Notes under the pieces: model-generated | Seen by the model: the letters and a program-made list of their open reading frames with translations, nothing else | Told to the model about the DNA's origin: nothing | Database searches by the model: none | Shown: piece after piece, positions 7,601 to 16,930 of the stretch | Position numbering within the stretch: position 1 is the stretch's first letter | Layout: the number at the start of each line of letters is the position of its first letter | Assembly (NCBI RefSeq): GCF_900111795.1 | Contig: NZ_FOJQ01000011.1 | Coordinates: forward strand, 15,220 to 39,219 | Direction of reading: 5' to 3' | Source: Anoxybacillus pushchinoensis | GTDB lineage: Bacteria > Bacillota > Bacilli > Bacillales > Anoxybacillaceae | Length of the DNA: 24,000 nucleotides | Position numbers and translations under genes: made by a program

Positions 7601-9160
7601 TTATGATTGCGCCATTTTTTTCATTTGTTCGCGCAATAAAAACTTTTGGATTTTTCCGCTCGCATTGCGTGGCAGTGCCTCTACAAAATAGTACGCGCGC
7701 GGTCGTTTGTACGGAGCCAGCTTGTCGCTTTGTTTGCAAAACGCCTCTAATTGTTCAGCGGTAAGCTGTTGGTCTTTTTTGACGACGAAAGCAACGACTT
7801 TTTCTCCCCATAGCGCATCTGGCTCTCCAAGCACTGCGACATCAAGCACGCCTTCATGTTCGTAAAGCACGTCTTCTACTTCACGCGGATAGACATTTTC
7901 GCCGCCGCTAATAATCATGTCATCGACGCGGTCGGCAACGTATAAATACCCGTCTTCATCCATGTAGCCTAAATCGCCAGAATGATACCAACCTTTATAC
8001 ATCGCTTTTTCCGTCGCATCTTCGCGATTGTAGTAGCCAACCATCATGCATGAGCCTTTGACGATAATTTCGCCGACTTCTCCTGGCGGTAAAATGTCAT
8101 CGGGGTCAGACGGTTCGTCTTCGCGCGGTTTGGCGATGCGAATTTCATGGTTTAAACACGCACGCCCAGCAGATCCGGCTTTCGTTAACTGCTCATCTTC
8201 GTACAAGAACGTCACAGCTGGTCCCATTTCCGTCATGCCGTACGCTTGGATTAAATCAATGCCTAACCGCTCTTTGCATTCTTTCACAAGCACTGGCGCC
8301 ATCGGAGCAGCTCCGTATAATCCGATGCGAAGCGACGATAAATCATAATCGGACAATTTTTCTTGCAAAAGCATATTCCACATCGTCGGTGCGGCAAATA
8401 AGATTGTAATTTGTTCTTGTTCGATGACCGTTAATACTTGTTTCGGGTCGAAATGATGAACAATCACGTTTGTTGCGCCAGCATGGACGCGCGGAAGGAA
8501 GCAACAATGCAATTCTGCGCAATGGAACATCGGTGCGGTGACAAGCCCTCGCTCTGTTTCGCGAATGCGCATCACAGAATTACAAATTAAGCTTTGCTCG
8601 ACCATGTCGCGATGTCGATGCATCACTCCTTTTGGCCTTCCTGTCGTTCCGCTTGTGTACATAATCGCATACAAGTCACGTTCAGAAACATCGATGGCTG
8701 GAAGCACGCTATTTGCTCGTTGGGTTTGTCCGTGATAGGAAACAGCGTACGCTGGCGCTTGCCCGTCAATGACCCAAAAAGAAACGTGTGGAAATTCATG
8801 ATGAATGGCTGTAATTTGTGGTTCAACTGCTTGTTCAAATAACACGATTTTTGGGGTAGCATCCGTTAAAATGTAAGCGATTTCTTTCGGTCGTAAACGA
8901 AAATTAATCGGGTTAAAAACAGCGCCGATTTTCGCACACGCAAAAAAAGCAGTGGCAAGTTCTGCCGTATTAAATAACACGGTCGATACACGATCTCCTT
9001 TTCGGACTCCCGCTTCTAAGAAAGCGTTTGCAAGTTTGTTCACTTCTTTTTCCCATTGTTCGTACGTATAGCGAAGTCCTGTACGGATATCTACAAGCGC
9101 TTCTTTTTTCGGGAATTTCCTTACCGACTGTGAAAATAACTCTCCGATCGTAATGTACAA
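7601..9160 (-). CDS. AMP-dependent acyl-CoA synthetase/ligase (fatty-acid-CoA ligase family), apparently intact
   Basis: The 519-aa ORF carries the adenylate-forming motifs YTSGTTGRPKGV, YGMTE, GWYHSGDLGYMDEDGYLYVADRVDDMIISGGENVYP and the C-terminal PRNASGKIQK. It uses a TTG start at 9160 with GGAGGG 8 nt upstream. Confidence 0.9.
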   Translation of the reverse strand: MYITIGELFSQSVRKFPKKEALVDIRTGLRYTYEQWEKEVNKLANAFLEAGVRKGDRVSTVLFNTAELATAFFACAKIGAVFNPINFRLRPKEIAYILTDATPKIVLFEQAVEPQITAIHHEFPHVSFWVIDGQAPAYAVSYHGQTQRANSVLPAIDVSERDLYAIMYTSGTTGRPKGVMHRHRDMVEQSLICNSVMRIRETERGLVTAPMFHCAELHCCFLPRVHAGATNVIVHHFDPKQVLTVIEQEQITILFAAPTMWNMLLQEKLSDYDLSSLRIGLYGAAPMAPVLVKECKERLGIDLIQAYGMTEMGPAVTFLYEDEQLTKAGSAGRACLNHEIRIAKPREDEPSDPDDILPPGEVGEIIVKGSCMMVGYYNREDATEKAMYKGWYHSGDLGYMDEDGYLYVADRVDDMIISGGENVYPREVEDVLYEHEGVLDVAVLGEPDALWGEKVVAFVVKKDQQLTAEQLEAFCKQSDKLAPYKRPRAYYFVEALPRNASGKIQKFLLREQMKKMAQS

Positions 9161-9257
9161 AAAAATCCCTCCTCACTTTTTTGTATCAATATAGATAATA
9201 TTTTTTATTTTCAGACTATATTCTACGAAATAAAAAGAAAACCCTTCTTTCGTACAT

Positions 9258-9282
9258 AAAAAATAAGGAAGGTTTCCCTTCC
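9258..9282 (-). terminator. Candidate rho-independent terminator after spoVK
   Basis: The minus strand reads GGAAGG-GAAA-CCTTCC followed by TTATTTTTT, starting 5 nt after the spoVK stop. The stem is short (6 bp). Confidence 0.5.
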
Positions 9283-9286
9283 CAAT

Positions 9287-10216
9287 TTATTCAACAACTA
9301 AATCACGTTCTCGTATGATCATGAGCTCCTTTTTGTCATAGCGTCCTTCATGTAGTAAACGTACCGCTTGTTTTCGAATTGCTTTTTCAATCAAGTTTCG
9401 AATGTAACGACCGTTACTAAACTTCCTTTGGCCCCCCTCTACCAGTAGCTGTTCAATATGTTCACGTAGTTTTCGTTCTGCTTCATTAGTAAGCTCGTAT
9501 TCTCTTATATGAAGCATTTGTTTTGCAATTTGTACAAGTTCCTCTGCTGTGTAATCAGGAAACTCAAGCATCAATGGAAAGCGTGACGGTAATCCTGGGT
9601 TGAGAGATAAAAAATAATCCATCTCAGCCGGATATCCTGCTAAAATCACAACTAAATCATCAGAAAAATCTTCGATTCCTTTTACTAACGTATCGATCGC
9701 TTCTTTTCCAAAATCTTTTTCCCCTCCACGTGCTAACGAATATGCTTCATCAATAAATAAAATTCCCCCGCGAGCCTTTTTAATTAAATCACGTGTTTTA
9801 TTTGCTGTATGACCGATGTATTCACCAACTAAATCGGCACGTTCTGCTTCAATAAAGTGTCCTTTGGATAACACGTTCATTTCTAAAAATAACTTCCCAA
9901 GAATACGAGCAACTGTTGTTTTTCCTGTACCTGGGTTCCCTTTAAAAATCATATGAAGCGATTGTTTATTTCCTTTTAATCCGTTCGCTTGACGTGCTTT
10001 ATTAATATATAACCATGCGTAAATTTCCTTAATTAATTTTTTCACTTCACTTAGTCCAACTAACTCATCTAGTTCCTTCTGAATCTCTTTCAATACTGCA
10101 TGTTGATGATAATCAATTCGATTGGCCGTTTCTTCTTTCGGTAAATAATTGACGTTTTTAGCATTAAGTACGATATTAATTTGACTTTTCGTTTGCTTCA
10201 TTGTCAACTCTGACAA
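9287..10216 (-). CDS. spoVK: Stage V sporulation protein K, AAA+ ATPase
   Basis: Walker A (GNPGTGKTT) and Walker B (ILFIDEAY) are present, along with the SpoVK-type flanks (LKEIQKELDELVGLSEVKKLIKEIYAWLYINKAR). A TTG start at 10216 has AAGGAGAGGTG 8 nt upstream. An alternative ATG at 10201 lacks an RBS. Confidence 0.9.
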   Translation of the reverse strand: MSELTMKQTKSQINIVLNAKNVNYLPKEETANRIDYHQHAVLKEIQKELDELVGLSEVKKLIKEIYAWLYINKARQANGLKGNKQSLHMIFKGNPGTGKTTVARILGKLFLEMNVLSKGHFIEAERADLVGEYIGHTANKTRDLIKKARGGILFIDEAYSLARGGEKDFGKEAIDTLVKGIEDFSDDLVVILAGYPAEMDYFLSLNPGLPSRFPLMLEFPDYTAEELVQIAKQMLHIREYELTNEAERKLREHIEQLLVEGGQRKFSNGRYIRNLIEKAIRKQAVRLLHEGRYDKKELMIIRERDLVVE

Positions 10217-10253
10217 GGCGACGTCACCTCTCCTTCACCGTTGCTTCTTTTAC

Positions 10254-10284
10254 TAATATACGCTGTTCATATCCATTTCGTGAC
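10254..10284 (-). promoter_or_regulatory. Candidate sigma-K-type promoter for spoVK (AC-17 nt-CGTATATTA)
   Basis: The minus strand reads GTCAC, then 17 nt, then CGTATATTA. This differs from the recalled sigma-K consensus (AC-17-CATANNNTA) at one position. B. subtilis spoVK is known to be transcribed by mother-cell sigma factors. The match is weak and was made by eye. Confidence 0.3.
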
Positions 10285-10296
10285 AAACGCCTAGCG

Positions 10297-10329
10297 AAAA
10301 AATCGCCCACCTCATTCGGTGAGCGATTT
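10297..10329 (-). terminator. Rho-independent terminator after hfq
   Basis: The minus-strand stem AAATCGCTCACC pairs with GGTGGGCGATTT (12 bp including one G-U) around a 6-nt loop. A run of six T follows, and the element begins 4 nt after the hfq stop. Confidence 0.75.
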
Positions 10330-10332
10330 AGC

Positions 10333-10557
10333 TTACTCGATGTCAATTTTCACATTTTTTTGTGGCGCAAATGTGGAAATCGCATGTTTATAAATTAATT
10401 GTTGTTTCCCATCAACTTCCAATAACACAGTAAAATTGTCAAACCCTTTCACTAGACCACGCAATTGAAATCCATTTAACAAAAATACAGTAACCGTTGT
10501 TCCTTCCTTGCGCAACTGGTTTAAAAACTGATCTTGAATATTTATTGTGTTTTTCAT
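10333..10557 (-). CDS. hfq: RNA chaperone Hfq
   Basis: The 74-aa [68 protein letters not shown] carries the Sm1/Sm2 motifs of Bacillus Hfq. It lies directly downstream of miaA, the conserved arrangement. GAGGAGG RBS upstream. Confidence 0.96.
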   Translation of the reverse strand: MKNTINIQDQFLNQLRKEGTTVTVFLLNGFQLRGLVKGFDNFTVLLEVDGKQQLIYKHAISTFAPQKNVKIDIE

Positions 10558-10591
10558 TGCTTCGTCCTCCTCTTTTCTCTCTACATTACGT

Positions 10592-11527
10592 CTATATATT
10601 CGACTGAAAGCGAAACTTTCCTTCTATGCAATGCAAAATTTCATTTACTCGCACCGAAAACAGCGTATCATCCGTCATATCAAACCATTGAACAGGCATT
10701 TGATTGCGAAACCATGTCAATTGGCGCTTCGCATAGCGACGCGAGTTTTGCTTCAATTGTTCAATAGCTTCTTCTAGTGTGATAAGTCCATCTAAATACG
10801 AATACAACTCTTTATAACCGATCGCTTGGATGGCCTGACAATCGCGTACACCTTTTTCATGCAATCGTTTCACTTCTTCGATTAATCCTTGAGCAATCAT
10901 TTGATCTACCCGCTTATTAATACGCTCATATAATTTCTCACGTTCCATCGTCAGTCCAATAAGCGCTGCGTTATAGACGAGCTGCCGCTTTTGTTCTTTT
11001 AGCCATTCCGTCATCGTTTTTCCTGTACAATGGTAAATTTCTAATGCACGAATGACGCGACGAACATTATTTGGATGAATACGCTCGGCACTTATCGGAT
11101 CAATTTTTTTTAATTGTTCATAAAGTTCAATGGACGAACATCGTTCTAGCGATTGACGATACAAATCATTTGATGGAGCACTTGAAAATTGGTAATCATA
11201 GATGACAGATTGGATATATAGCCCTGTGCCTCCAACGATGATTGGAAGTTTTCCTCGATTCGTAATCTGTTGAATAAGCGATCGAGCAAGCGTCTGGAAT
11301 TCTGCAACGGAAAAAGATTCATCCGGCTCTTTTATATCAAGTAAATGATGCGGGATTCCTTCCATTTCTTCTCTTTGAATTTTTGCTGTTCCAATATCTA
11401 ATCCTCTGTACACTTGCATCGAGTCACCATTAATAATTTCCCCATCTAAACGCTTGGCCAACTCTATACTCATTTTCGTTTTCCCTACAGCCGTTGGTCC
11501 AATTAACACAACGACTTTCTCTCCCAT
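10592..11527 (-). CDS. miaA: tRNA dimethylallyltransferase MiaA
   Basis: The 311-aa ORF has the P-loop GPTAVGKT and the sequence [19 protein letters not shown] typical of MiaA. It shows the conserved miaA-hfq linkage. Confidence 0.94.
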   Translation of the reverse strand: MGEKVVVLIGPTAVGKTKMSIELAKRLDGEIINGDSMQVYRGLDIGTAKIQREEMEGIPHHLLDIKEPDESFSVAEFQTLARSLIQQITNRGKLPIIVGGTGLYIQSVIYDYQFSSAPSNDLYRQSLERCSSIELYEQLKKIDPISAERIHPNNVRRVIRALEIYHCTGKTMTEWLKEQKRQLVYNAALIGLTMEREKLYERINKRVDQMIAQGLIEEVKRLHEKGVRDCQAIQAIGYKELYSYLDGLITLEEAIEQLKQNSRRYAKRQLTWFRNQMPVQWFDMTDDTLFSVRVNEILHCIEGKFRFQSNI

Positions 11528-11753
11528 AAAACACCACTACTTTCCAATCTAGTTCACATTCACTTATTATAGACAAACGATGTACATTTTATCATCTATA
11601 TAGGTTGTAATAAAGAATTTCCGATCTCCATGTTCCGTCTTTATCACCTGACAAGCTGGCACGGTGACAAGAAGAGCGAACAATGCCATGTAAAACAAAA
11701 TTGCAACTTATATATTTCGAAAAAAATTTAGTCTTGGAAACAATGTATCCTCT

Positions 11754-13580
11754 TTACATGACACGTTTAAACATTTTTTCTAATTCATAAGTAGAAAAAT
11801 GAATAATAATTGGACGACCATGCGGGCATGTAAATGGATCGCTCGTTTTTCGCAACGATTCAAGCAACGCGAATATTTCGTCGCTACGTAAAAATTGATT
11901 CGCTTTAATGGATTGTTTACAGCTCATCATAATCGCAACTTTTTCACGCAACTGCTTCATATCGACTTTTTTCATCGTTAATACTTGTTGAATCATTTCT
12001 TCAATCATTGTCGCCTCTTCCCCTTTTGGAAACCATTGGGGATGGGAACGAACAATGAAACTGTTATGACCAAACGGCTCTAAAAATACGCCGCAAGCTG
12101 CTAATTCATCACGATGACTGTCAATAAGCAAATACTCACTTGATGAATAAGTGAACGTTAGTGGGATAAGCAACGGTTGCAACTCATTTGTGGCCGTTGC
12201 TAATTTTTCGCGAAAATATTCATATTTGATTCGCTCTTGAGCAGCATGTTGATCAATGATATACAATCCATTTTCATTTTGGGCTAAAATATACGTCCCG
12301 TGCATTTGTCCAATCGGATATAGCGGTGGAATACGCTCTTGATCTATTTCTTCGAGTTTTTCTACATGAGGTGGTTCCAGGCTCTCTACATTAAGTGACT
12401 CCGCATCCACATCGCTAGCACGTTTTTCGTTTTTCTCGAATGCGATTCGCTCATCTGCTTTCTTTGCTAGCTCACTGTATGAGATCGTTCGCTGTGGAAC
12501 AATGTTCGATTCTTTCACGACATGTTGAAACGAAAACGTTTGTTGCTCCGTCCTCGGCTTTTCTACCCGCGAGACAGTCACTTCAGGTATTAACGTCTTT
12601 TTTTGAAATACATCACGAATAGCGTGCTGAACAAGTTCGTTTAATTCGCCTTCCTTGCTAAAGCGTACTTCTAGCTTTGCCGGGTGAACATTCACATCTA
12701 CAAGGAGCGGATCCATAGCTATATTTAAAAATGCAATGGGATGTCGCCCGATCGGGAGAAGCGTATGATACCCTTCTTCAATTGCCTTGTATAACGGATA
12801 ATTTTTTACATATCGACCATTTACAATCGTTGTCATATAATTGCGAGAAGCGCGCGTCACCTCTGGCAACGAAACATAGCCATCAATCGTAAAATCAATC
12901 GTTTCAGCGTGAATGGCAACCATTTTTTTTGCAACCTCAAATCCGTAAATCGCAGCTAACACTTGTCGCACATCACCATTTCCGTTCGTATAAAACAGTT
13001 GTTTTCCATTATGTGTCAAACGAAATGAAATGTGTGGATGGGCAAGCGCCAAACGGTTCATCACATCAACAATATGCCCTAGTTCCGTATGAATCGTTTT
13101 CATATACTTTAAGCGAGCTGGCGTATTGAAAAATAAGTGTGAAACAATAATATCCGTTCCTTTTCGACTGCTCGTCCGACCGCTCTGTATAAGTTCTCCA
13201 CCTTTCAACACAACAAACGTTCCTGGACGTTCACCCGTGCTCGTTTTTAATTCTAAATGCGAGACGGATGCAATACTTGGTAAAGCTTCCCCTCTAAAAC
13301 CAAGCGTACGAATGCGGAACAAATCCGCCTCATCTTTAATTTTGCTCGTTGCATGTCGTTCAAACGCTAAAAAACAATCTTCTTCCTCTAATCCATCTCC
13401 ATTGTCAACAACGCGAATTTTCGTTAGTCCCGCCTCTTCTAACTCCACCTCAATGATTGTGCTATGGGCATCAATCGCATTTTCAACAAGCTCTTTTACA
13501 ACGGAGGCTGGCCGCTCAACAACTTCCCCCGCCGCAATTTTATTCGCTAACGCATCATCGAGCTTACGAATTTTCCCCAC
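11754..13580 (-). CDS. mutL: DNA mismatch repair protein MutL
   Basis: The 608-aa ORF has a GHKL ATPase N-terminus ([36 protein letters not shown]) and a C-terminal endonuclease/dimerisation region. It uses a GTG start with AAAGGAGGG 5 nt upstream and sits immediately after mutS. Confidence 0.96.
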   Translation of the reverse strand: MGKIRKLDDALANKIAAGEVVERPASVVKELVENAIDAHSTIIEVELEEAGLTKIRVVDNGDGLEEEDCFLAFERHATSKIKDEADLFRIRTLGFRGEALPSIASVSHLELKTSTGERPGTFVVLKGGELIQSGRTSSRKGTDIIVSHLFFNTPARLKYMKTIHTELGHIVDVMNRLALAHPHISFRLTHNGKQLFYTNGNGDVRQVLAAIYGFEVAKKMVAIHAETIDFTIDGYVSLPEVTRASRNYMTTIVNGRYVKNYPLYKAIEEGYHTLLPIGRHPIAFLNIAMDPLLVDVNVHPAKLEVRFSKEGELNELVQHAIRDVFQKKTLIPEVTVSRVEKPRTEQQTFSFQHVVKESNIVPQRTISYSELAKKADERIAFEKNEKRASDVDAESLNVESLEPPHVEKLEEIDQERIPPLYPIGQMHGTYILAQNENGLYIIDQHAAQERIKYEYFREKLATATNELQPLLIPLTFTYSSSEYLLIDSHRDELAACGVFLEPFGHNSFIVRSHPQWFPKGEEATMIEEMIQQVLTMKKVDMKQLREKVAIMMSCKQSIKANQFLRSDEIFALLESLRKTSDPFTCPHGRPIIIHFSTYELEKMFKRVM

Positions 13581-13593
13581 GTTTTCCCTCCTT

Positions 13594-16161
13594 TCATTTT
13601 AGCAGTTTTTGAATTTCGTATAGTTTATTCATTGCTTCAAGCGGTGTCATATCAAGCAAGTTGATGGATTGAATACGCTTGATCACTTCCTTTTCTTTTT
13701 TAGATACGCTCGAACGTGTTTCATCGTTTGTTTCAAGAAATATGCTTAACTGTTGAAACTCTTCTTCCTTTTCTTTTACAACGGGAGCTGTATTTGTTTC
13801 AAACTCGTGTAAAATTTGTTCCGCTCGCTTAATTAAATCAAACGGCAACTTGGCTAATTGTGCGACATGAATGCCATAACTTTTATCAGCTGGACCCTCT
13901 TTAATTTTATGCAAAAAAATGACGGTTCCATTTTCCTCAATGGCACTAACGTGAACATTTTTCAAACGCGGCAATTGTTTTTCAAGCGCTGTTAATTCAT
14001 GATAATGAGTGCTAAACAATGTTTTCGCACCAATTCGATCGTGGATGTATTCAATCATCGCTTGAGCGAGCGCCATGCCATCGTATGTGGATGTTCCACG
14101 TCCAATTTCATCAAATAACACAAGGCTATTTTGTGTCGCGTGCACGATGGCGTTACGTGCCTCTAACATTTCAACCATAAATGTACTTTGGCCTGCGACT
14201 AAATCATCAGCCGCCCCGATACGCGTAAACACTTGATCAAAAATAGGTAATATCGCTTCTTCTGCTGGGACAAAACAGCCAATTTGCGCCATAATAGCTG
14301 TTAATGCAATTTGACGCATATATGTGCTTTTTCCAGACATATTTGGTCCTGTAATAAGTAACATTTCTCGTTCGGCATCCATATAGCAATCGTTCGGAAC
14401 GTATACGTTAGATCCTAGCACTTTTTCGACAACAGGATGTCGTCCTTGCTGAATGACAAGGCGGCGATCATGGGAAAACTGCGGTCTACAGTAGTTATAT
14501 TTTTCACTCACCGTAGCAAAACATTGTATCACATCTAATTGACTAATGTATTTAGCTAATTTTTGTAAACGCACAATATATTGTTTTACTTGTTCGCGAA
14601 TAGAAACAAACAGCTCATATTCTAACTCTATACTCTTTTCTTCTGCTTCTAAAATAAGTGCTTCTTTTTCTTTCAGCTCTTTCGTCACAAATCGTTCGGC
14701 GTTAGCTAACGTTTGTTTGCGCTCATATCGTCCTTCCGGCAACAAATGTAGGTTCGCTTTTGTTACTTCGATATAGTATCCAAACACTCGGTTATAACCA
14801 ATCTTTAACGATTTAATTCCAGTTAATTCCCGCTCCCTCGTCTCTAACTGCGCGATCCACGTTTTTCCATTTCGACTTGCATCTCGAAATCGATCGAGCG
14901 CTTCGTTATAACCATCTTTAATGATGCCCCCCTCTCTCACGGAAAGAGGTGGATTTTCCTCAATCGCTTCTTCTAACAATCGAACAAGATCCTCGCATGC
15001 GTCCAAATGTTGAGCAAAGGCTTGAACATGTTCATCATGAATTTGCATAAGAAGAGTAGAAATCATTGGCACTTGCTTTAACGATTTTTTTAATTGAATT
15101 AAATCGCGCGCGTTAACATTCCCAAATGCTACACGCCCAGCTAATCGTTCTAAATCATATACCCCACGAAGATGCTCGCGCAATTCTTGACGTTCAAAAT
15201 AGCTTATCTGAAGTTGTTCAACAAGATGCAACCGCTGCTCAATTTTTTCACGGTCTAACAACGGACGGTCAATCCATTGCTTAAGCAATCGCCCCCCCAT
15301 CGCTGTCATCGTTTCATCAAGAAGCCAAAAAAGTGAGCCGTTTTTTCCTTTCGCACGAATCGTTTCAGTTAACTCTAAGTTTCGTTTGGAGTACACATCA
15401 ATTTTCATATACGCATCCACTTCATACAATTCTACTGGCTGCAAATGAGCTAAACTCCGCTTTTGTGTTTTGATTAAATAGTTGAACAGTCGTCCACATG
15501 TCACTAATAATTTTTCTTGCTTCAAGTGGGATACAATAGATTGACAAGCATTCGGAATCGTTGTTTCATCTTCGCATGAAATCGTCAAAGCATATCGTTC
15601 CTGCAAAAATTGACATTGCTCTTTATACGCTGTCGCAACAACTAATTCTTTTGTTCCGATGGAGTAAATCTCGTTCAATACATCTTCGAACGAATGGAGC
15701 AACGTCATCCGGCTTTCCCCTGTTGTTAAGTCAGCATAAGCAATACCATACGTACCATCTTCAAATGATGTTAGTGAGGCTAAATAGTTGTTCGCTTTCT
15801 CTTCCAGTTGCTTCCCTTCCATGACTGTTCCAGGGGTAATGAGCTGAACAACTTCCCGACGCACAACTCCTTTCGCTGTTTTTGGATCTTCAACTTGTTC
15901 ACAAATAGCAACTTTATATCCTTTTTCAATTAAACGTTCAATATACATGGCGGCAGAATGATAAGGCACCCCGCACATCGGCACTCGCTCTTCTCCACCA
16001 CCATCCCGACTTGTAAGAGTAATTTCTAACTCTTGTGATGCTTTAATCGCATCATCAAAAAACATTTCATAAAAATCACCGAGACGAAAAAAAAGAAATG
16101 CGTCTTTATATTGTGACTTAATTGCTAAATATTGTTGAATCATTGGTGTATAAGTCATCAT
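13594..16161 (-). CDS. mutS: DNA mismatch repair protein MutS
   Basis: The mismatch-binding N-terminus ([38 protein letters not shown]) and Walker A (GPNMSGKST) are present. I place the start at ATG 16161 (or 16158), preceded by GGAGG. The track ORF start at 16179 has no RBS. Confidence 0.96.
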   Translation of the reverse strand: MMTYTPMIQQYLAIKSQYKDAFLFFRLGDFYEMFFDDAIKASQELEITLTSRDGGGEERVPMCGVPYHSAAMYIERLIEKGYKVAICEQVEDPKTAKGVVRREVVQLITPGTVMEGKQLEEKANNYLASLTSFEDGTYGIAYADLTTGESRMTLLHSFEDVLNEIYSIGTKELVVATAYKEQCQFLQERYALTISCEDETTIPNACQSIVSHLKQEKLLVTCGRLFNYLIKTQKRSLAHLQPVELYEVDAYMKIDVYSKRNLELTETIRAKGKNGSLFWLLDETMTAMGGRLLKQWIDRPLLDREKIEQRLHLVEQLQISYFERQELREHLRGVYDLERLAGRVAFGNVNARDLIQLKKSLKQVPMISTLLMQIHDEHVQAFAQHLDACEDLVRLLEEAIEENPPLSVREGGIIKDGYNEALDRFRDASRNGKTWIAQLETRERELTGIKSLKIGYNRVFGYYIEVTKANLHLLPEGRYERKQTLANAERFVTKELKEKEALILEAEEKSIELEYELFVSIREQVKQYIVRLQKLAKYISQLDVIQCFATVSEKYNYCRPQFSHDRRLVIQQGRHPVVEKVLGSNVYVPNDCYMDAEREMLLITGPNMSGKSTYMRQIALTAIMAQIGCFVPAEEAILPIFDQVFTRIGAADDLVAGQSTFMVEMLEARNAIVHATQNSLVLFDEIGRGTSTYDGMALAQAMIEYIHDRIGAKTLFSTHYHELTALEKQLPRLKNVHVSAIEENGTVIFLHKIKEGPADKSYGIHVAQLAKLPFDLIKRAEQILHEFETNTAPVVKEKEEEFQQLSIFLETNDETRSSVSKKEKEVIKRIQSINLLDMTPLEAMNKLYEIQKLLK

Positions 16162-16195
16162 CTTTCCTCCAACACCCAAAATATTGACTTCAATT

Positions 16196-16204
16196 ATTAT
16201 AACA
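16196..16204 (-). promoter_or_regulatory. Candidate extended -10 promoter for mutSL (TGTTATAAT)
   Basis: The minus strand reads TGTTATAAT, a perfect TGnTATAAT, about 35 nt upstream of the mutS ATG. It directly abuts the T-tract of the cotE terminator. No good -35 is present. Confidence 0.4.
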
Positions 16205-16241
16205 AAAATAAAAACTAGGAAGAATAAACTTCCTAGTTTTT
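16203..16241 (-). terminator. Rho-independent terminator after cotE; the hairpin includes the cotE stop codon
   Basis: A perfect 13-bp inverted repeat, AAAAACTAGGAAG (16210-16222) and CTTCCTAGTTTTT (16229-16241), flanks a 6-nt loop. ATTTTTGTT follows on the minus strand. The cotE TAG stop (16233-16235) lies inside the 5' arm. Confidence 0.65.
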
Positions 16242-16769
16242 ATTGCTTCCTTCTTGAAGAAGCTCCTCGTCTAACTGTTCTAATTCCGCGTCAATGTCTT
16301 CATCGACTTCGTCTGGTGACGTATCAACTACTGCAATACGAACCTTTGTTTCTCCGACGACTTCTGCTACAAACTCTCGCTCCACTTCAACAGTTACTTT
16401 ATTCCCCGTTGGGGCAATCGTACATTCTAGACAATTTGGTTGTTGCACAACGCGCGCAATGACCTCTTGTTCTTCACTAATAAGCTCTTCGTTCCGATAC
16501 TTTAATGGAATTACATCTGTGTACGACACCGTTTCTGTCAACACTTCCGTTTTCGTATTATCGTTGTATGAGTACCACACGTTTACATCATACTTCCCAT
16601 GAATTTCAACACTACGATCTACTTTTTTTGCTTCATACCGATGGTTAATGATCCAGCAACCGAGCACGCTCGTTGGACGATGTTGTGCAGAAACCGTATG
16701 CGTTGACTGCGTAAACTTCCGCCCTTTTCCCACAACCGCCTTCGTAATAATCTCTCTGTATTCAGACAT
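16233..16769 (-). CDS. cotE: Spore coat morphogenetic protein CotE
   Basis: [26 protein letters not shown]...[14 protein letters not shown]...[12 protein letters not shown]...[14 protein letters not shown] plus an acidic C-terminal tail closely parallels B. subtilis CotE. The start is at ATG 16769 with GGAGGG 8 nt upstream. The track ORF adds 9 unsupported codons. Confidence 0.94.
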   Translation of the reverse strand: MSEYREIITKAVVGKGRKFTQSTHTVSAQHRPTSVLGCWIINHRYEAKKVDRSVEIHGKYDVNVWYSYNDNTKTEVLTETVSYTDVIPLKYRNEELISEEQEVIARVVQQPNCLECTIAPTGNKVTVEVEREFVAEVVGETKVRIAVVDTSPDEVDEDIDAELEQLDEELLQEGSNKN

Positions 16770-16864
16770 GGAACAAACCCTCCTCAAAAAATGCATTGTT
16801 CATTCTATCCTATGCACTAGTAACCAAAAAGTGTACAATAAAAAACAATCATTCCGTATAGTTC

Positions 16865-16891
16865 ATTGTATGCAGCGGATGAGAAATATGT
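16865..16891 (-). promoter_or_regulatory. Candidate sigma-E-type promoter for cotE (ACATATT-12 nt-CATACAAT)
   Basis: The minus strand has CATACAAT, which matches the recalled sigma-E -10 consensus CATACAnT. An ATA-containing -35-like element ACATATT sits upstream. The spacer is 12 nt, against about 14 expected, so the match is only partial. Confidence 0.3.
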
Positions 16892-16901
16892 ACAAAAACA
16901 T

Positions 16902-16930
16902 AAAAAAGAGCCCATGTAAAATGGACTCTT
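16902..16930 (-). terminator. Rho-independent terminator after ricA
   Basis: The minus-strand stem AAGAGTCCAT pairs with ATGGGCTCTT (10 bp including one G-U) around a 5-nt loop. TTTTTTATG follows, and the element begins at the stop codon. Confidence 0.6.

Noticed and set aside
4750-9160. Impression that the acyl-CoA module is more GC-rich than neighbours such as spoVK, which would suggest horizontal acquisition
   Set aside because: The impression rests on spot checks of a few lines, which varied widely. I did not compute window GC or codon usage, so I make no compositional claim.
10217-10296. Sigma-E-type promoter for spoVK (GGATATG ... CGTATATT)
   Set aside because: The spacing between the two elements is about 5 nt, against about 14 required. 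Only the sigma-K-like reading fits, and that one is reported with low confidence.
11567-11689. A 40-codon minus-strand ORF in the mutL-miaA spacer with a lipoprotein-like start (MALFALLVTVPAC...)
   Set aside because: It has no Shine-Dalgarno, no positively charged n-region and an atypical lipobox (VPAC). I mention it only inside the spacer finding and do not annotate it as a gene.
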